Made by a program: the position numbers and the translations under genes. A DNA stretch of 64,000 bases from Patescibacteria group bacterium (GTDB lineage Bacteria > Patescibacteriota > Minisyncoccia > Phycocordibacterales > BOKC01). Below, in pieces: positions 61,146 through 64,000 of this stretch; positions within the stretch are counted from its first letter, which is position 1; the number at the start of each line of letters is the position of its first letter. The stretch spans positions 453,640-517,639 of the forward strand of contig JBBTWE010000001.1 of the NCBI GenBank assembly GCA_038062955.1, in the 5' to 3' direction. Below the pieces are notes generated by a model. That model saw only the letters and a program-made list of their open reading frames with translations, did no database searches and had not been told where the DNA came from.

Positions 61146-61161
61146 AATAAAATTAGGACTA

Positions 61162-61602
61162 CTATTTCAAATCAAATTGATAGTAATTTTTCTTTTCACC
61201 TTCCAAACTGATTTTTCCTAAAGAAATGCCACCAAGTTTTTTAAGTAAATTAATTGAAGCAAAATTATTTTCCTCTGCATCTGCAAAAACCTTCTTTATA
61301 CCATTATTTTTAGCATGCTCGAGAAAATATCGGCAAAGTTTTTCCCCGGTTCCCTTTCTTCGATAGTCTTTATCAACAGTCACTTGTGTAAGAAACCAAT
61401 TATTATCCCCTAAAAATTCTTTTCTCCAATAAAGTAATCCGACTAATTCTTTATCTGCCAGAGCAACAATAAGATCTCCACTCTTAACAAAAGGGGGTAG
61501 TTTTTCTTCTACTATTAATCCCTCTTCTTCTGACCCAAGACTATTAATTACTACTAATCGCGGAAGATCTTTTAAAAAAGCTGTACGAATTGTTATGTTC
61601 AT
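61162..61602 (-). CDS. GNAT family N-acetyltransferase
   Basis: VTVDKDYRRKGTG, N.ASINL.KKLG. Confidence 0.9.
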   Translation of the reverse strand: MNITIRTAFLKDLPRLVVINSLGSEEEGLIVEEKLPPFVKSGDLIVALADKELVGLLYWRKEFLGDNNWFLTQVTVDKDYRRKGTGEKLCRYFLEHAKNNGIKKVFADAEENNFASINLLKKLGGISLGKISLEGEKKNYYQFDLK

Positions 61603-61604
61603 AA

Positions 61605-62042
61605 TTATTTTTCCATTGTCTTCTTTATTAGAGTAACAAATTCATCAAAACGGTCTTTGGCATTCAGAAGTTTGCGAGCTTCTTCGAAGTTTAACCAAAG
61701 TCCGCCCCTTCCTTCTTTTACATTAAATTTCACTTGTTCTGTTGGATACAAATACATATAACGGATAATTTTTTGCCCGTCCCAATCAGTTTCTGAAGTG
61801 CATAAATATTTTAAATCTTCTTCTTTAATATCTATGTCCAATTCTTCTTTAGTCTCTCGGATAACTGCTTGAATTGGAGTTTCTCCATTCTCAATCGAAC
61901 CGCCAAAATATCCCCAATCTGGTTTTTTATATCCTCGCCTATCTTGAATTAAAATCTGAAGTTTTGAATTTATAGGAATAATAAGTGCCTTACGAACATC
62001 GGCCAATTCAACTTTTTCTTTTTTTGTAGAGACTTTTTTCAT
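61605..62042 (-). CDS. NUDIX hydrolase
   Basis: FGGSIENGETPIQAVIRETKEEL. Confidence 0.92.
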   Translation of the reverse strand: MKKVSTKKEKVELADVRKALIIPINSKLQILIQDRRGYKKPDWGYFGGSIENGETPIQAVIRETKEELDIDIKEEDLKYLCTSETDWDGQKIIRYMYLYPTEQVKFNVKEGRGGLWLNFEEARKLLNAKDRFDEFVTLIKKTMEK

Positions 62043-62076
62043 GATTTTACTTGATTCTAAATTAAACTGCTCTATC

Positions 62077-62844
62077 TTATTGTAATTCAGCTTTTGAAGT
62101 ATCAGGAAAATCTAAAAAGATCAGATCGAGTTCGTCAGGACAAACTTTTTTCAAAAGATTAAATAAATACTTTCTTCCCTCTGTTTTTGATGAATAACGA
62201 CCCGCATACGAACTATTTAATTTAACCCATTCTGAGCCTGCATGTTTGGTCAGTGCAGATTCCATTCGAGGAGCATCCTTGTTTAAAATTTTATTCTTCT
62301 CATCACTAAATATCGATTTATGAATATTCCACGAAGACGTATTCTCAAGAACAGGAATAAATTTCTCAACAAACTGTCTTGCGCATACATAATGAGCATT
62401 ACGAATATAACCGTGAGGCTCACTGCGATATGATCCAACAAGAACGTCCTGTAACAATGTTGGCCAAAGATCACAACTTTCATCATACACAAAAGCATCG
62501 TCCTCTAGCCACAAAAAGAAATCGGCATCTGAATTTATGGCGTGTTTAAAACCGATTTGCCATGAGGGTAGCGCCGGGTCAGGAAGATTCTGAATTTGAT
62601 GCCTTGTAATAATTGAGTCTCCGTACTTTCCCTCTGCTGTCCAATTCTGAACAAGTTGCTCTCTTTCAGTAGGATAAAGTGAAGTGGCCATTCTAGATTT
62701 TAAATTGATTGGAAAATTATGTTGAACCAAATGAACTTCGATTTTCTTACCAATCTTTTTCTCCATCATGGGTAAAGAATATTTTATAAACAAATAAGGA
62801 AGTGTGACTCTCCGACACTGTAGAATTGTTACTAGAATTTTCAT
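62077..62844 (-). CDS. Hypothetical protein, possible GT-A glycosyltransferase fold
   Basis: ADFFLWLEDDA resembles a DxD-type motif. Confidence 0.5.
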   Translation of the reverse strand: MKILVTILQCRRVTLPYLFIKYSLPMMEKKIGKKIEVHLVQHNFPINLKSRMATSLYPTEREQLVQNWTAEGKYGDSIITRHQIQNLPDPALPSWQIGFKHAINSDADFFLWLEDDAFVYDESCDLWPTLLQDVLVGSYRSEPHGYIRNAHYVCARQFVEKFIPVLENTSSWNIHKSIFSDEKNKILNKDAPRMESALTKHAGSEWVKLNSSYAGRYSSKTEGRKYLFNLLKKVCPDELDLIFLDFPDTSKAELQ

Positions 62845-62998
62845 AAACCGGTTTCTGTAAGATTGAAGTGGTTTAACATTGGAAAATATTACTGACTCTT
62901 TTTTCGGCTCCTAGTTCTTTGATTCTTTTCGTAAGATAATCATGGTCAATTTGATAAATCTTCATGAAATTTCGGATGTCCTCAATATCTTTCTTTGC

Positions 62999-63538
62999 CT
63001 AATTTTTCTGACCCGTCTTGATCGCGGGTTTTTTTAACAGAGCATTCATTAAGTCAGCTAAGATTTTTAATTGGCCTCGAGCGTCTGCCAGGTCTAACCC
63101 ATCATATTCAAGTTCACTAAAACGACCATGTGCAACTGCGTTTCTTAAATCCTGCACTTTTCGCATTAAACTAATGAATTTATCCTTCTTAGGATTTTCA
63201 ACATAGAGCTCAGATATAACTGAAATTTTATCTCCAAAATGAAGTTTATCTGTAAGTATTTGTACCGCCCGTCTTCTTGCTCCTAATTGTACCTCCGGTT
63301 CGACGATCAAATCTTGTGCCTCTCGTTCAACAAAATATGAAAACCAAAATACAAATTCAACAGCATTAATACTCTTTTTATCCATTGAGTATTTTAGTTG
63401 AACCAATTTTCTTGCGATATCCAACTCGTTGGCGGTTTTATCAAAATCAATCCCAGTGTCCTCAAGAAACTTAATGAATTCGGAAGGATTTTCCTTTATC
63501 ATTCGCATCATTTTTTCCTCAAGAGATTCCATTTGCAT
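62999..63538 (-). CDS. HEPN-like domain protein
   Basis: All-helical; RNAVAH fits R-X4-H; F.DKI upstream. Confidence 0.6.
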   Translation of the reverse strand: MQMESLEEKMMRMIKENPSEFIKFLEDTGIDFDKTANELDIARKLVQLKYSMDKKSINAVEFVFWFSYFVEREAQDLIVEPEVQLGARRRAVQILTDKLHFGDKISVISELYVENPKKDKFISLMRKVQDLRNAVAHGRFSELEYDGLDLADARGQLKILADLMNALLKKPAIKTGQKN

Positions 63539-63945
63539 TATTTTATTCCAATCTCAGTCCTCATTAAAATTTCGACATCGGTGATTCTAAAGTCGGGATT
63601 ATCACTCGAAATAAATTCAGATAATTTTTCTTGCAAATCTGAATTCCCCGCAAGAAGAAAAGCTTCCGTCGCAATTCCTTTCATTGCTTTTCTATTTCTA
63701 CGCCATTCACTAACTTTTGCATTATAGGCATCAACCTCTACTGTAGTCATCCCGGCACGAGCATTGGGCGGATATCTTTCTTCAGATTTTGCCACAGAGA
63801 GCAACTTTGCATAAGTAGACAACCTTGTTTCCATCAAAGTCTGGCTTCTGGATTGTTTCCTTGTTAGATATGCTTGTAACCAAGTTGCACCCAATGTGCT
63901 TACAATTCCAAGTATCCAACCTATTATCAGAATTTTTATTTCCAT
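63538..63945 (-). CDS. Single-TM hypothetical protein coupled to the HEPN-like gene
   Basis: N-terminal TM; its stop overlaps the next start (TAATG). Confidence 0.7.
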   Translation of the reverse strand: MEIKILIIGWILGIVSTLGATWLQAYLTRKQSRSQTLMETRLSTYAKLLSVAKSEERYPPNARAGMTTVEVDAYNAKVSEWRRNRKAMKGIATEAFLLAGNSDLQEKLSEFISSDNPDFRITDVEILMRTEIGIK

Positions 63946-64000
63946 ATTATTTATAAATTAAGGCGTGATAGTGAGTCGTCCTCTCGCTCCCGCAATTTGC

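Overview
AT-rich bacterial DNA in genetic code 11 (TGA is used as a stop). The gene content and style (GAPDH, RpiB, class II RNR, LemA/HtpX, GroESL, SecG, RNase J, LysS, Ddl, 7TM kinases, many short-leader genes) suggest a Patescibacteria/CPR genome, probably Parcubacteria; this placement is inference. A housekeeping backbone (about 1-19 kb and 54-60 kb) surrounds an accessory region (about 20-54 kb). That region holds a frameshifted M23/beta-helix surface protein, SET, SpeD-like and ATP-grasp genes, two 7TM sensors, a small-protein/radical-SAM/MTAP operon, an ABC-F, NUDIX genes, a LexA-like gene and a HicAB-like pair. Best candidates for new biology: (1) an ORF-less, roughly 410-nt highly structured RNA at 6141-6552 with its own promoter, closing helix and terminator; (2) a 7TM sensor whose cytoplasmic output resembles the C-terminal half of glutamyl-tRNA synthetase; (3) ten copies of a roughly 126-bp TA-ended palindromic element built from swappable CT-bounded modules and sitting at start and stop codons; (4) the radical-SAM/SPASM operon. 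All calls come from reading motifs by eye; no searches or folding programs were run.
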